Position numbers and translations under genes: made by a program
Notes under the pieces: generated by a model
The model's database searches: none
The model's input: only the letters and a program-made list of their open reading frames with translations
Told to the model about the DNA's origin: nothing
Origin: a virus
Lineage: Duplodnaviria; Caudoviricetes
Strand: one strand, 5' to 3'
DNA: 38,368 nt
Virus record (IMG/VR): IMGVR_UViG_3300032324_000298
Location: 1-38,368 of that record
Shown: positions 1 through 8,233 of the stretch, one piece after another
Layout: each line of letters starts with the position of its first letter
Position numbering within the stretch: the first letter of the stretch is position 1

Positions 1-53
1 GCGGGGTGTTTTCATGGTTGGTCTAAAACCTCTCTCCACGTCTCAACGTCGCA
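1..53. repeat. Terminal direct repeat, left copy (circular-assembly overlap)
   Basis: Bases 1-53 are identical to 38316-38368. ORF 12..239 continues across the join into ORF 38145..38330 through an ATGA overlap. Confidence 0.95.
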
Positions 54-239
54 CGGATGGCCTGCGTCGCCCCGGTTTATTGCCGTTCTAATTTCTTCCT
101 TTACTTGAGCCCTACTATGTGGGGCAAGGTCGGCCCATCGTTTGATGAGATAGTCCGCCACAATACCCGGTGCTGTGCTCCTTCTTCCCAATGCGTAGCG
201 AAACGCAAAGACAAGAATGGTTTCTTCGGTTGGGTTCAT
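12..239 (-). CDS. Hypothetical phage protein (75 aa)
   Basis: ORF with ATGA overlaps to both neighbours; contains FAFRYALGR. Confidence 0.75.
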   Translation of the reverse strand: MNPTEETILVFAFRYALGRRSTAPGIVADYLIKRWADLAPHSRAQVKEEIRTAINRGDAGHPCDVETWREVLDQP

Positions 240-514
240 GGCGTGCCTTTCATTGCGGCAAGCTCAGCCTGAAGCTCGGCGTTCTTTAGCCTTAGCTGTT
301 CATACTTCCCAAGCTCTCCATGCCCATGTTTAATGGCCGCAAGTTCGCTTTCAAGGCGTCCAAGTTTTCCCAACAGGTCGGCTTCACGTTCTCCAGACAT
401 ACCAAGCAATCGGGCCTGCTCAAGACATTCAGCCTCGGCGCGTTCGGCGCGAGCTGTAAGTTCAGTAATTTTAATTCCAGCTACGTTACGAAAAATAGCA
501 AAATCGGTGCTCAT
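236..514 (-). CDS. Hypothetical coiled-coil protein
   Basis: Heptad-like E/L/A/K-rich sequence; ATGA-coupled to neighbours. Confidence 0.7.
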   Translation of the reverse strand: MSTDFAIFRNVAGIKITELTARAERAEAECLEQARLLGMSGEREADLLGKLGRLESELAAIKHGHGELGKYEQLRLKNAELQAELAAMKGTP

Positions 515-768
515 TTGTTAAAACTAGCTATCACTGTGTTACCTAGAAACATAACTGCTGCGTTTATGTGTTTGCATCTGGTTCGTTGAGGGTTGCCGTA
601 TTCCACTACCTTCTTTGTCCGGTCCCATTCTTTCTGGCAGCGAGTCATAAAGTCGGCGCAATTACAAGCTCCGTTTGGACAATTCTCGTCTAGGTCAATG
701 GTGTATTTTACGTCCCGGTCGGCGGATTCGCATTCTATCTGCGAGCGTCCAATCAGTTCACACTTCAT
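511..768 (-). CDS. SWIM zinc-finger protein
   Basis: CNCADF...RCKHI matches the CxC...CxH SWIM pattern; start taken at MKCELI (768). Confidence 0.75.
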   Translation of the reverse strand: MKCELIGRSQIECESADRDVKYTIDLDENCPNGACNCADFMTRCQKEWDRTKKVVEYGNPQRTRCKHINAAVMFLGNTVIASFNK

Positions 769-937
769 GGCCGGTGTCTGGAATGTAGTGTTCCAGCTCG
801 TGAATGCGGGCAATGTTGAGGAGGGCAACAGAGCCTTTCTCTAGCCTTACAAGTGCGTTGTAAAGATCGGTGGGGTTCTCCGAGTGCACGCAGTCCCCGA
901 GCATGTGGTTGATTAACTGGTCAATTTTCTGTTTCAT
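758..937 (-). CDS. Hypothetical protein (59 aa, MKQKIDQLINHMLGDC...), below the ORF-track cutoff
   Basis: Translated by hand; the ATG overlaps the HNH stop codon and the ORF fills the gap. Confidence 0.65.
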   Translation of the reverse strand: MKQKIDQLINHMLGDCVHSENPTDLYNALVRLEKGSVALLNIARIHELEHYIPDTGHEV

Positions 938-1251
938 GTTAGATAGCCTTGCTCCCTAGCCCAGCTAGGGTGGTTGTGGATTTGAGTATGACATTGGCGG
1001 CAGAGTTGCAGCCATGTCGTTGTTTGATTGGTCTTAGAGCCCCGGCCTTCCTTGTGGTGGATGTCCGTGGCTGGTTGGTTGCAGATAAAGCAGAAGGGCG
1101 ATTCCTTCAGAAATATGCGCCTTAATTTGGTGTATTCCTTGTTCCTTGCCGATTGCTTGGAGCTTACTCGTTTCAGCCCCTTGCTCTTCTTCTTCTTCGG
1201 CAGAAAGAAGTTTACGTTACTCGCGGGTCGTAGTTGTTCTGGCGTCTCCAT
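934..1251 (-). CDS. HNH endonuclease
   Basis: CFIC...DIHHKEGRG...LCRQCHTQIH zinc-binding HNH motif; start uncertain. Confidence 0.85.
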   Translation of the reverse strand: METPEQLRPASNVNFFLPKKKKSKGLKRVSSKQSARNKEYTKLRRIFLKESPFCFICNQPATDIHHKEGRGSKTNQTTTWLQLCRQCHTQIHNHPSWAREQGYLT

Positions 1252-2030
1252 AAACGTGTGAGACACAGGAAGTCTTTGTAAGACTCCATTAACGCTTCTC
1301 GGTCATACTTCACTACGTCAACCCGCCCCGGTTCAGTGGTGGAGATGTAAACATTCATGCAGATGGCGTCCGTGAAAAAACTGTCGCAGAAATGTGCCAT
1401 CCAATAGGCCGCGAGTTGCATGGGGTGGGTCTCGCTAGGAAAGATAGGCTCTTCTGGCTTAGTCCTCTTGGACTTCCAGTCGAGAATACCCTTACCAATG
1501 TGAGACTCAAACACTACGTCCGTAGTGCCAGCGTAGCCTTCCCTGTCATTGACCAACACCACCTCGGCCTTGACTACCTTGATGCCCAAGCTTTCTAGTT
1601 TAGAGAAGGCTGGTTCTACTAGCTCAGATAGCATACAGCTACGCTCCTCGGACAGGGCCACCTCATGGTCGAAGTATTCTTGGCCCTTGAGTTTTCCCTC
1701 AATGGCCGCGTGAATGGTGGTGCCAAGGTCTGCTGCGCCCATGCCATCCTGCTTGCTCTTCTCCAGCATATTCCTGACATACTCCCCCATCTCCTCACCG
1801 GGGTGTGGAGGCATAGCGAAGCAGGTTTCCGCCACCTTGCTCATCTTCCATCGTTCTAGGCCGGGGCTTGCCAACATCTTCGTGTAGGCTGTTACGGAGG
1901 GCAAGAGTTTCTGCTCCCGTGCGTCCTTTAGGTTGGTGGGACGGGTGGGGTTCTTAGCCCCCTTCTTTGTGGCCTGCGTGTGGCAGGCTTTGCCGTCGAG
2001 TGTGTACCAATGTCCAGATTCTGCGCTCAT
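1212..2030 (-). CDS. PD-(D/E)XK (RecB/Cas4-like) exonuclease
   Basis: LPSVT, GTTIH, GYAGTTD...ILDWKS and QLAAY motifs. Confidence 0.85.
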   Translation of the reverse strand: MSAESGHWYTLDGKACHTQATKKGAKNPTRPTNLKDAREQKLLPSVTAYTKMLASPGLERWKMSKVAETCFAMPPHPGEEMGEYVRNMLEKSKQDGMGAADLGTTIHAAIEGKLKGQEYFDHEVALSEERSCMLSELVEPAFSKLESLGIKVVKAEVVLVNDREGYAGTTDVVFESHIGKGILDWKSKRTKPEEPIFPSETHPMQLAAYWMAHFCDSFFTDAICMNVYISTTEPGRVDVVKYDREALMESYKDFLCLTRLWRRQNNYDPRVT

Positions 2031-2203
2031 GGTGTTTTGTTTTTATTTAGTTCTGCTGAGATTTCTTTGCTTAAAGCCGCAAGTTTTTGCAACTGTTCGT
2101 GGAGTAGTTCGACTCCCATTTCTTTTCCGTAAAGTCCTGCAAATTCACAGGCTCCTAAGAGTCTGCCTAAAGAGTGGGTTATTAGATAGTCGGTTTTGTT
2201 CAT
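2027..2203 (-). CDS. Hypothetical protein (58 aa, MNKTDYLITHSLGRLLG...)
   Basis: Translated by hand; the stop overlaps the exonuclease ATG (ATGA). Confidence 0.6.
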   Translation of the reverse strand: MNKTDYLITHSLGRLLGACEFAGLYGKEMGVELLHEQLQKLAALSKEISAELNKNKTP

Positions 2204-2283
2204 GTTTATTTAAATGACCGCGTATTTTCGCACGCCCACGGTCGGGCTCGGAGGGTCTGGTTTACGTCGATACCGGCGACAAA

Positions 2284-2853
2284 TTAGTAAGGCTCTTCTT
2301 CTGAGGTCTCAACCACATCCTCTGGGGCCAACTTCCCGCTCTGAAGTGTCTGCGCCAACCTAATGAGCATAGACGCCTGATAGTAAATGCAGGCTTCGTT
2401 TATTGTGCCGTTAGCAATGGCAATCTCCACGGCTTTGTTGAGGGCCATGCCTACGGTGATGCCTTCGATGCGAGGGCTCTGGGTATATGGTGTGGGCATT
2501 CCCGTGACCGATGGGTTGGGTGACGGGGTAGGTGACGGGTTGGGCGGTAACGCCTCGCCTACTGGACTTATGATTGACTTATCCCCTAGACTTACTTGAC
2601 TCTTGCCCCCAAAATCATCCCCGCGCTTGATGCCCATTCCGCCAAACTTCACCAGCTTGCCTTCAAGCGGGGAAAGATCGCGGGAGAATGAGGTGGCGGA
2701 GACTTCTACGCCGTCCCCCGACAGGTTGGCTTTATAGAAAGTCTTTCCGGTTTTCGTGCTCACGGCTTTGCAGCCGGAAACATTTGCTTGGAAGGTGCCG
2801 GAAAAGAATGTTCCCGGTGCCGTGTTAGCTAGTTCTTGTAGTGTCTTATTCAT
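2284..2853 (-). CDS. Probable single-stranded DNA-binding protein (OB-fold-like)
   Basis: Beta-rich N-terminus, Pro-rich linker and acidic-aromatic C-tail (EDVVETSEEEPY); lies between the helicase and the exonuclease. Confidence 0.5.
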   Translation of the reverse strand: MNKTLQELANTAPGTFFSGTFQANVSGCKAVSTKTGKTFYKANLSGDGVEVSATSFSRDLSPLEGKLVKFGGMGIKRGDDFGGKSQVSLGDKSIISPVGEALPPNPSPTPSPNPSVTGMPTPYTQSPRIEGITVGMALNKAVEIAIANGTINEACIYYQASMLIRLAQTLQSGKLAPEDVVETSEEEPY

Positions 2854-3145
2854 TGTTTTTTAGGTTCTTGATTTCTTCGCAGATTCGACGAAAAGAGTTC
2901 TTGGCTTGCTGAGTGTTGAGGCCGAGTTCGGCGCACATTGCTTCGTAGGGGCAACCTTGGAGGCCGCGCCTGTAGTCATACATTTCATCCCCGTCGATGA
3001 TGTGGCCCACTTCAGGGCAATCCACGATCATGAAGTCTCCATCAATAAAGCAGAAGTCCGTGGGGAGCACGGTCTCGCCGATTCCTAGCAGTCTTGTATT
3101 GTTTAGGTCGATTTGCATTTTGTTTATGTTTCGTGGAATATCCAC
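2846..3145 (-). CDS. Hypothetical protein
   Basis: GTG start after an AC-rich leader; overlaps neighbours. Confidence 0.6.
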   Translation of the reverse strand: MDIPRNINKMQIDLNNTRLLGIGETVLPTDFCFIDGDFMIVDCPEVGHIIDGDEMYDYRRGLQGCPYEAMCAELGLNTQQAKNSFRRICEEIKNLKNNE

Positions 3146-3300
3146 GTTGTGTTTTTATCTACCCGAAGCACCGAGAAAGGACGATTGATGGATTCTTGTC
3201 GAACTATTTCTGGCTTTTTTTCTTCAACTTTTGCAACTGGTTTCTCTGTCGCCTTTTCTATGCTTATTTCGTTGCCGAAAAGATCAATTTGTTTCTTCAT
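3124..3300 (-). CDS. Hypothetical protein (MKKQIDLFG...)
   Basis: Fills the gap after the helicase; start taken at internal ATG 3300. Confidence 0.55.
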   Translation of the reverse strand: MKKQIDLFGNEISIEKATEKPVAKVEEKKPEIVRQESINRPFSVLRVDKNTTWIFHET

Positions 3301-4543
3301 AAAACCATGTGTGGGGCGCAAAGTATTTGATGCGGCTGTATGCCAATGGACCATCGCGAAGTTTCAATTGTAAGCATTCGTAATCGTAGGTCGATTGCCC
3401 TAGTTCCTGCAAGTTTCCAGTGTGGGACTTGCTAGGCCGGTGGAGTGCAATGACTCTGTGCGCGTCTTCCTCGATGGAACCAGCATCGCGGAAGTCGCTA
3501 CGAGTTGGTGCACGGTCTTCTCTTTCGTTGCTACGATTCAACTGGGCGGCAACCATGAGCACACAGCCGAGGGTCTTGCGTAGTGGTATCATAGCCTTCG
3601 ACAACTGACCCATCCGTTCGTATGCTGAGCCATCTGTGCCGCGAATCAACCCAAGGTAGTCGATGATGACAAGCTGGGGTTTCCAAGAGGCCGCGAGCAG
3701 TCGGCAACGGCTCTCAATTTGGGCAACGCTCATATCCTTGTCGAACACCCTCAGATGTTGCTCACCCAACCTCCTTAAGGCTTTGAAGTATTCCTGCTGC
3801 CTCTCGCTCATCTCTTGGTTTATCTGCCGCAGGTTAATCTTGCTGCGCTGTCCCGCGATTTGTTTGACCACCGCCCCGGCTGAAGTTTCAAGGGTGAAGT
3901 AGGCTACCCGCAAGCCCCGGTTGAGGTTGTGCGAAGCGATTTGGCTCATAAACGACGACTTACCTATCGAAGTCCGCGCTCCGACAACCACATATTCATG
4001 CGCTTCCATAGGCGAAGCTAACTTATCGAAGCTAGGTAGGCCGGTGGTTACGAGGTCTCGGTTGTCCCTAGTGCCCGCAATTTCCTGCTCAGCCCAGAGT
4101 TTCACCTCCCCTATGAGCTGAATGAGCGACGGAGCCTCGCTTTCTGTGGGCTTTAGATGGTTTTGCAGCCCCTCCACCAGCGAAGACACCTCTTCAGGTT
4201 TGCCGCCCCGTATAACGCAAGCAATGGCATCCTGTAAGGCTGGCTTGAGGGTGGCTAGCTGGCCCTCCCATATCAGACTCTTGAGAGCTTTGCGTCCAGT
4301 GACTGAGCTTTGGCACGCTTTTTCCGCCGCAAACAGCTCATCCGCAGGGCAATTGTCCCCTAGGGCCAAGTAAACTGAGTTGCAGTCGGTGAGTTGCGCC
4401 TTGCTTCTCAAGGCTACTAACGTCTGCCAGAGGGTGCGGTGAGCGTTGCCGAACGCCGCGTTGCTTAGTCCCTGCGCTATGCCGTCGTCTATGAGTTCGG
4501 GGCAAGCTAGGCAAGCCCCTATGAAGATGGATTCTTTGTTCAT
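3284..4543 (-). CDS. dnaB: Replicative DnaB-like (SF4) helicase
   Basis: Walker A GARTSIGKS, FTLE, IIDYLGL, AQLNR, DFRDAGSIEEDA and KLRDGP; DnaB-like N-terminal domain. Confidence 0.93.
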   Translation of the reverse strand: MNKESIFIGACLACPELIDDGIAQGLSNAAFGNAHRTLWQTLVALRSKAQLTDCNSVYLALGDNCPADELFAAEKACQSSVTGRKALKSLIWEGQLATLKPALQDAIACVIRGGKPEEVSSLVEGLQNHLKPTESEAPSLIQLIGEVKLWAEQEIAGTRDNRDLVTTGLPSFDKLASPMEAHEYVVVGARTSIGKSSFMSQIASHNLNRGLRVAYFTLETSAGAVVKQIAGQRSKINLRQINQEMSERQQEYFKALRRLGEQHLRVFDKDMSVAQIESRCRLLAASWKPQLVIIDYLGLIRGTDGSAYERMGQLSKAMIPLRKTLGCVLMVAAQLNRSNEREDRAPTRSDFRDAGSIEEDAHRVIALHRPSKSHTGNLQELGQSTYDYECLQLKLRDGPLAYSRIKYFAPHTWFYEETN

Positions 4544-4833
4544 TTCTTTTTTATTTTGTAGCTGACAGTTTCTAACGTGGGTGAGTGGTTGTCCTTGTTC
4601 GCCTTCACCAACCGATCAACCGAGGGCAATGAAAGGCTGTGTATCTTACATAAATCTTTACGGCTTAAACCCTTTCGCCAGTCTTGCACAACGGCTAGGG
4701 CTTTTTCGGCATCAATTCTAGGCCGTGAGGCAAATTCCCGGCTTCGCCCCTGTGCAATGGGGTTGTTGGCATATCGTAGGTAGTATTTTGCCATCAAATG
4801 ACGAACCGATTCCATAGTTTCTGAGATGTTCAT
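4540..4833 (-). CDS. Putative HTH DNA-binding protein
   Basis: WRKGLSRKDLCKIHSLSLPSVDRLV HTH-like pattern; ATGA-coupled. Confidence 0.55.
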   Translation of the reverse strand: MNISETMESVRHLMAKYYLRYANNPIAQGRSREFASRPRIDAEKALAVVQDWRKGLSRKDLCKIHSLSLPSVDRLVKANKDNHSPTLETVSYKIKKK

Positions 4834-5066
4834 GGTTTTACGTTGTGCTTTCGGCAATGCACCTGAATTGCGGCCCTACTTACGCCTAGCTCTGCGCCTA
4901 TCTGCTTAATCGGCATTCCACTTTTGCGGCGTCTTAAAATGGCTTCAACGGTGGCCGCTGAGAGCTTGTTGGTCTTACGATCCTCCTCGATTGATCCCCC
5001 ACCTTCGCGCATTAAGCGCGGAGCATGGCGAAAGATTAGGTCTAGGCATATACTTGCTGTGCTCAT
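4830..5066 (-). CDS. Putative HTH DNA-binding protein
   Basis: SGMPIKQIGAELGVSRAAIQ matches the classic HTH pattern. Confidence 0.7.
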   Translation of the reverse strand: MSTASICLDLIFRHAPRLMREGGGSIEEDRKTNKLSAATVEAILRRRKSGMPIKQIGAELGVSRAAIQVHCRKHNVKP

Positions 5067-5260
5067 GTGATGTTCTTTGGTTTTTTAAGCTGTGCTATGG
5101 CTGAGTCTAGTGCGTCTCTGACGTTCTTTATTCCAGAGCGGCGATTGGGTCCAAGTTGCCAATACCATCCCGCGCCATCTCCACCCAGTTTAGCCGAATA
5201 TCCGATTTCCAGTAATGAGTTGGCATTCCAAAAATCAAGTCGTTCTTTATCTGTGTTCAT
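5063..5260 (-). CDS. Hypothetical protein
   Basis: TDKERLDF...RDALDSAI; ATGA-coupled. Confidence 0.65.
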   Translation of the reverse strand: MNTDKERLDFWNANSLLEIGYSAKLGGDGAGWYWQLGPNRRSGIKNVRDALDSAIAQLKKPKNIT

Positions 5261-5478
5261 TTTTTATGTTGGTAGAGATAGTGTCTTGCTAGGTGGAGCG
5301 GTGCCCCATGGTCTCGACAGAGTTCCGCTAAGGTCTTCTGAGCCTTGAAAAGGTCCGCAACTTTCATTGCGGCCCAACCCCTACGGGTAGGCAATCGAAT
5401 TCTGGTCTTAACGACTATCTCTTTAGGCATTAAGACGGTTTGATCGGTATTAATGCTTTCTTTGTTAGGTGTTTCCAT
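5257..5478 (-). CDS. Hypothetical protein
   Basis: ORF in operon with an AC-rich leader. Confidence 0.6.
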   Translation of the reverse strand: METPNKESINTDQTVLMPKEIVVKTRIRLPTRRGWAAMKVADLFKAQKTLAELCRDHGAPLHLARHYLYQHKK

Positions 5479-5481
5479 TTG

Positions 5482-5769
5482 TTATGTTATGTTTTTTGTT
5501 TCGTTTGACGCCGCCAATAAATTTGCGGCTAGGTAATAAGCTGCCAAATATCCGTCAGAGAAGATTCCATAGGATTTAGGCCAATGTTTAAGAGTCCCGT
5601 TTGCACTACCCCAAAAGAATCGGGGCTTCGGTATGCGCTTAGCTGCCAAATGATCCTCCAGAGGGAGTTCCATACCGCCCTCCCTCGAATCTTCAAAGTT
5701 GGGGAACGGATTTTCGCGCTGTCCTAGCAAAGCTGAGTGTGTCGCCGCTTCAGGCGTAAGGTGCAACAT
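5482..5769 (-). CDS. Possible hypothetical protein (may be non-coding)
   Basis: 95-aa ORF downstream of a terminator-like hairpin; no recognisable motif. Confidence 0.3.
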   Translation of the reverse strand: MLHLTPEAATHSALLGQRENPFPNFEDSREGGMELPLEDHLAAKRIPKPRFFWGSANGTLKHWPKSYGIFSDGYLAAYYLAANLLAASNETKNIT

Positions 5770-5813
5770 GGCTTATACGTCCCCTTAACGGTACGTCTTA
5801 CTTTCAGGGCAGT

Positions 5814-5851
5814 AAAAAGCCCCTTAGCAGTACAAGTACCAAGGGGCTTTT
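5814..5851 (-). terminator. Intrinsic terminator/attenuator hairpin
   Basis: Minus strand: AAAAGCCCCTT-15 nt loop-AAGGGGCTTTT followed by T. Confidence 0.7.
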
Positions 5852-5925
5852 CTGAAGATTCCCTCCGTCGGCAGGCGGGAAAAATGAAATGTCCGTAGGC
5901 TCTTGTACAGCTACCTAACGAAACG

Positions 5926-5949
5926 ATCATATCACACTTTAGTTGTCAA
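5926..5949 (-). promoter_or_regulatory. Candidate promoter: extended -10 (TGaTATGAT) with upstream TTGACA
   Basis: TATGAT at 5931-5926 and TTGACA at 5949-5944. The spacer is only 12 nt, so the extended -10 is the more credible element. Confidence 0.5.
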
Positions 5950-6172
5950 GTGGTTTTCCCGCCTCCTTTTCAAATTGTTCTGCTTCTTGAATGCAGCGTT
6001 CAATTTCCGTTTCTACCCATTCGTTAAGCGCGGCCTTATCGGTTATCGTCACGCCGGGGATCACCCCATAGGGCAGGCAATAGCGTAGGATGCCGCAGAG
6101 TTGGCCGTTATGGAACGGGTAGCAGATTTTGCGGGTGCCAATTACGGCGCGGAATTCGTTATTTGTGTCCAT
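5939..6172 (-). CDS. Hypothetical protein
   Basis: ORF with AATAACACAAAT leader. Confidence 0.6.
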   Translation of the reverse strand: MDTNNEFRAVIGTRKICYPFHNGQLCGILRYCLPYGVIPGVTITDKAALNEWVETEIERCIQEAEQFEKEAGKPLDN

Positions 6173-6193
6173 ATTTGTGTTATTTTGATTATT

Positions 6194-6298
6194 TCAGTCC
6201 CAGTGATCGTCGTCTTCGTCGCGCCAGATCATCCAGAAAAGGATGAACGGAGCAATAAGAATTAGGGCCAAACCTAGGCCCATGAGGTTAGCGGTCAT
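6194..6298 (-). CDS. Small single-pass membrane protein (34 aa)
   Basis: MTANLMGLGLALILIAPFILFWMIWRDEDDDHWD, translated by hand. Confidence 0.55.
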   Translation of the reverse strand: MTANLMGLGLALILIAPFILFWMIWRDEDDDHWD

Positions 6299-6309
6299 AA
6301 TGGTGTCAT

Positions 6310-6585
6310 TTATTGAGGTTTATCTGAGTTAGCAGTCAAAGGATTACCATTTACTGGTAAACGGAAAACGAAAGCCCCTTCGCCCCTCATAGCGTGGTCA
6401 AACAAGGCGTCAAGGCTTTCCCCAATAGGGATTCCGTAGGCTTTACGCCATGCTTGAAGGCTCGCGAGGGTGCGAGGCTGCACGAGGCCGACAATTCGCA
6501 CTTTGGGCGAGCGATAGGGTCTGGGCGTCATCGCAGGAGCCTCACCGCGAGGCATAGAATCAATGCGCCGATGCTTAAGAGGCAA
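6310..6585 (-). CDS. Hypothetical protein, possible ribbon-helix-helix DNA binder
   Basis: KVRIVGLVQPRTLASLQAWRKAYGIPIGESLDAL has a strand-helix-helix pattern; start uncertain. Confidence 0.45.
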   Translation of the reverse strand: MPLKHRRIDSMPRGEAPAMTPRPYRSPKVRIVGLVQPRTLASLQAWRKAYGIPIGESLDALFDHAMRGEGAFVFRLPVNGNPLTANSDKPQ

Positions 6586-6610
6586 AGCGCGGCGTTGAGA
6601 AGAAGGCGTG

Positions 6611-6805
6611 TCATGCGGTTTCCTCCAGAATCCTTTTGGCCTCTTTTTTAGCTCGGCTCACCTCTTTAGCGGGTAAATCCTGAGCAATGGATTGAGCGAT
6701 TTCAAGGCATTGTTGAGCCTTTTTTTCAGTTGGTGCGGTCACGCCCAAAACGAGCGCGAGAATTAAGGCTTCAAAAGCCGTTTTTGGTTCTTTATTTTTG
6801 TTCAT
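6611..6805 (-). CDS. Hypothetical protein
   Basis: ORF overlapping the lysozyme 3' end. Confidence 0.6.
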   Translation of the reverse strand: MNKNKEPKTAFEALILALVLGVTAPTEKKAQQCLEIAQSIAQDLPAKEVSRAKKEAKRILEETA

Positions 6806-7253
6806 TTTTTAGGTGTTCCTGAATCTTTTTCCAGTAGCGGTTTAAGTTGATTTGCTTTTGGCCCGTTGCTTTCATGGCGTTGGGTCCGCCGTTCCAAATT
6901 TTGGCCTTTACCTCGTCAGATTGGCCCTTGCCATAGTGTTCAGTGTAAAGCCGAAACATTTGGCGAGATTTTTCGGGGTCGAACCTATCATTTAGGGTGT
7001 AATTTGTCCCCGCGATTCGATTAACGTCCTTTACGGTTATCGCCCATATCTGAGCAATGCCCGCCGCTTTCCCCCCGTCACCTACGGCGAGGGCATTTCC
7101 CCCGCTTTCAACTTGGCAGATGGCTTCCCAAAGCCCCGCCCTTACGGGCAAGGCAGAGCAGGCAATGCAGAGCATAAGCAGAGTGCGTCTCATGCTCAAA
7201 AAATGCACGATACACACAGGCACCGTATCGTGCGAAATTAGGGTGCGCTTCAT
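6792..7253 (-). CDS. Lysozyme-like / lytic transglycosylase (SLT/destabilase-like) with signal-peptide-like N-terminus
   Basis: AICQVESGG (catalytic Glu), GIAQI and WNGGP motifs; leader RRTLLMLCIACSALPVRA. Alternative start at 7193. Confidence 0.85.
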   Translation of the reverse strand: MKRTLISHDTVPVCIVHFLSMRRTLLMLCIACSALPVRAGLWEAICQVESGGNALAVGDGGKAAGIAQIWAITVKDVNRIAGTNYTLNDRFDPEKSRQMFRLYTEHYGKGQSDEVKAKIWNGGPNAMKATGQKQINLNRYWKKIQEHLKNEQK

Positions 7254-7459
7254 GCGGGTTCCTCTCCTTTTCTATAGACAACGACAGATGATTTACCTGC
7301 GGCACGCGCATCCCATAGCCCATACCTGTCCAGTCGGGCGAGAGCGAGAGGTTGGTTCATCTTCACCGTCAGCTCGTATGCTTTCAGCCTCCCGGCCCTA
7401 GTTTTTGCTCGCCGCTTGGTCGGTTTTACGCTGACCCTAATTTGATGTGTTTGCATCAT
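7250..7459 (-). CDS. Hypothetical basic protein
   Basis: ATGA-coupled ORF. Confidence 0.6.
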   Translation of the reverse strand: MMQTHQIRVSVKPTKRRAKTRAGRLKAYELTVKMNQPLALARLDRYGLWDARAAGKSSVVVYRKGEEPA

Positions 7460-7647
7460 TCTTCCTCCCTAGGTTCACGGGCATCCCAAACGTAGCCTTC
7501 TGGGTGATATATTTCGCAAGTCATCCCGGTGGCGTTGGCTTGCGCTTGGCAGTCTTTTATGAGCTTTCGGGCCATCGGTTCAGATTGCTGCTGATCCGCG
7601 CCATCTAAGACCGCTGCTTGTTCCTCTGTGATGTGTATCGAGGTCAT
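7456..7647 (-). CDS. Hypothetical protein
   Basis: ATGA-coupled ORF. Confidence 0.6.
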   Translation of the reverse strand: MTSIHITEEQAAVLDGADQQQSEPMARKLIKDCQAQANATGMTCEIYHPEGYVWDAREPREEE

Positions 7648-7916
7648 GCGTCGCCCTCCGCTTTAGAAAGACGTTTCAGGCCGTAGGCTTTAGCATCATC
7701 CGCAAGCGCCGAAACGTCCGCCCCGTCCCGTTCGACGGTTCCGGCGTGACTATGCGTCACTTGTAAATCTACCAAATCCCCGTTTTTACGGTCAAACGTA
7801 AATGAAGCGCGGTCTCCGTGTCTGAAATCGGAACACGGCCAACTCCGCCCGAAATCGGAAATCTCATTTTCTGAAACAGTAACCCGAAAAAAAGCGCCTT
7901 GTGAATAAAGTTTCAT
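7644..7916 (-). CDS. Hypothetical protein
   Basis: ATGA-coupled ORF. Confidence 0.65.
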   Translation of the reverse strand: MKLYSQGAFFRVTVSENEISDFGRSWPCSDFRHGDRASFTFDRKNGDLVDLQVTHSHAGTVERDGADVSALADDAKAYGLKRLSKAEGDA

Positions 7917-8212
7917 TTCACGCCCTCCGCTTTGGCTACCGTAGCTTTCGCAAAGTCAATTGCGGCCCCTTCCCAATCGTGTAAAGCCGCAAGCAAAAGG
8001 AAATCCCGTGCTACCTGTAGCAATTCAGGCGCGGCGGCAATCAATTGCGCGTTGGCTATTGCCTCTGCTTTAGTTTTTGCGGCACTATCCGTTCGTGCGT
8101 TGCTATCTTCACGGGATAGAACTACGGCAACTGTAAGCGCCATGCTCCCCTGTGCTGTGATAAGAGGAAAATTTGATTTCCACGGTCCTTGTGTGTGTTT
8201 TTGTGTGTTCAT
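7913..8212 (-). CDS. Conserved phage early hypothetical protein
   Basis: HTQGPW...ANAQLIAAAPELL resembles the widespread HTPGPW/ANARLIAAAP phage motif. Confidence 0.8.
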   Translation of the reverse strand: MNTQKHTQGPWKSNFPLITAQGSMALTVAVVLSREDSNARTDSAAKTKAEAIANAQLIAAAPELLQVARDFLLLAALHDWEGAAIDFAKATVAKAEGVK

Positions 8213-8233
8213 TGTGTTTTTATGGGTTAAGAG

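Noticed and set aside
1-53. 53-bp end repeat as a biological terminal repeat or att site
   Set aside because: It falls mid-operon at an ATGA gene junction and is best explained as assembler overlap of a circular contig.
5724-5930. 68-aa ORF over the leader RNA
   Set aside because: It starts inside the -10 box and runs through the terminator; more likely non-coding.
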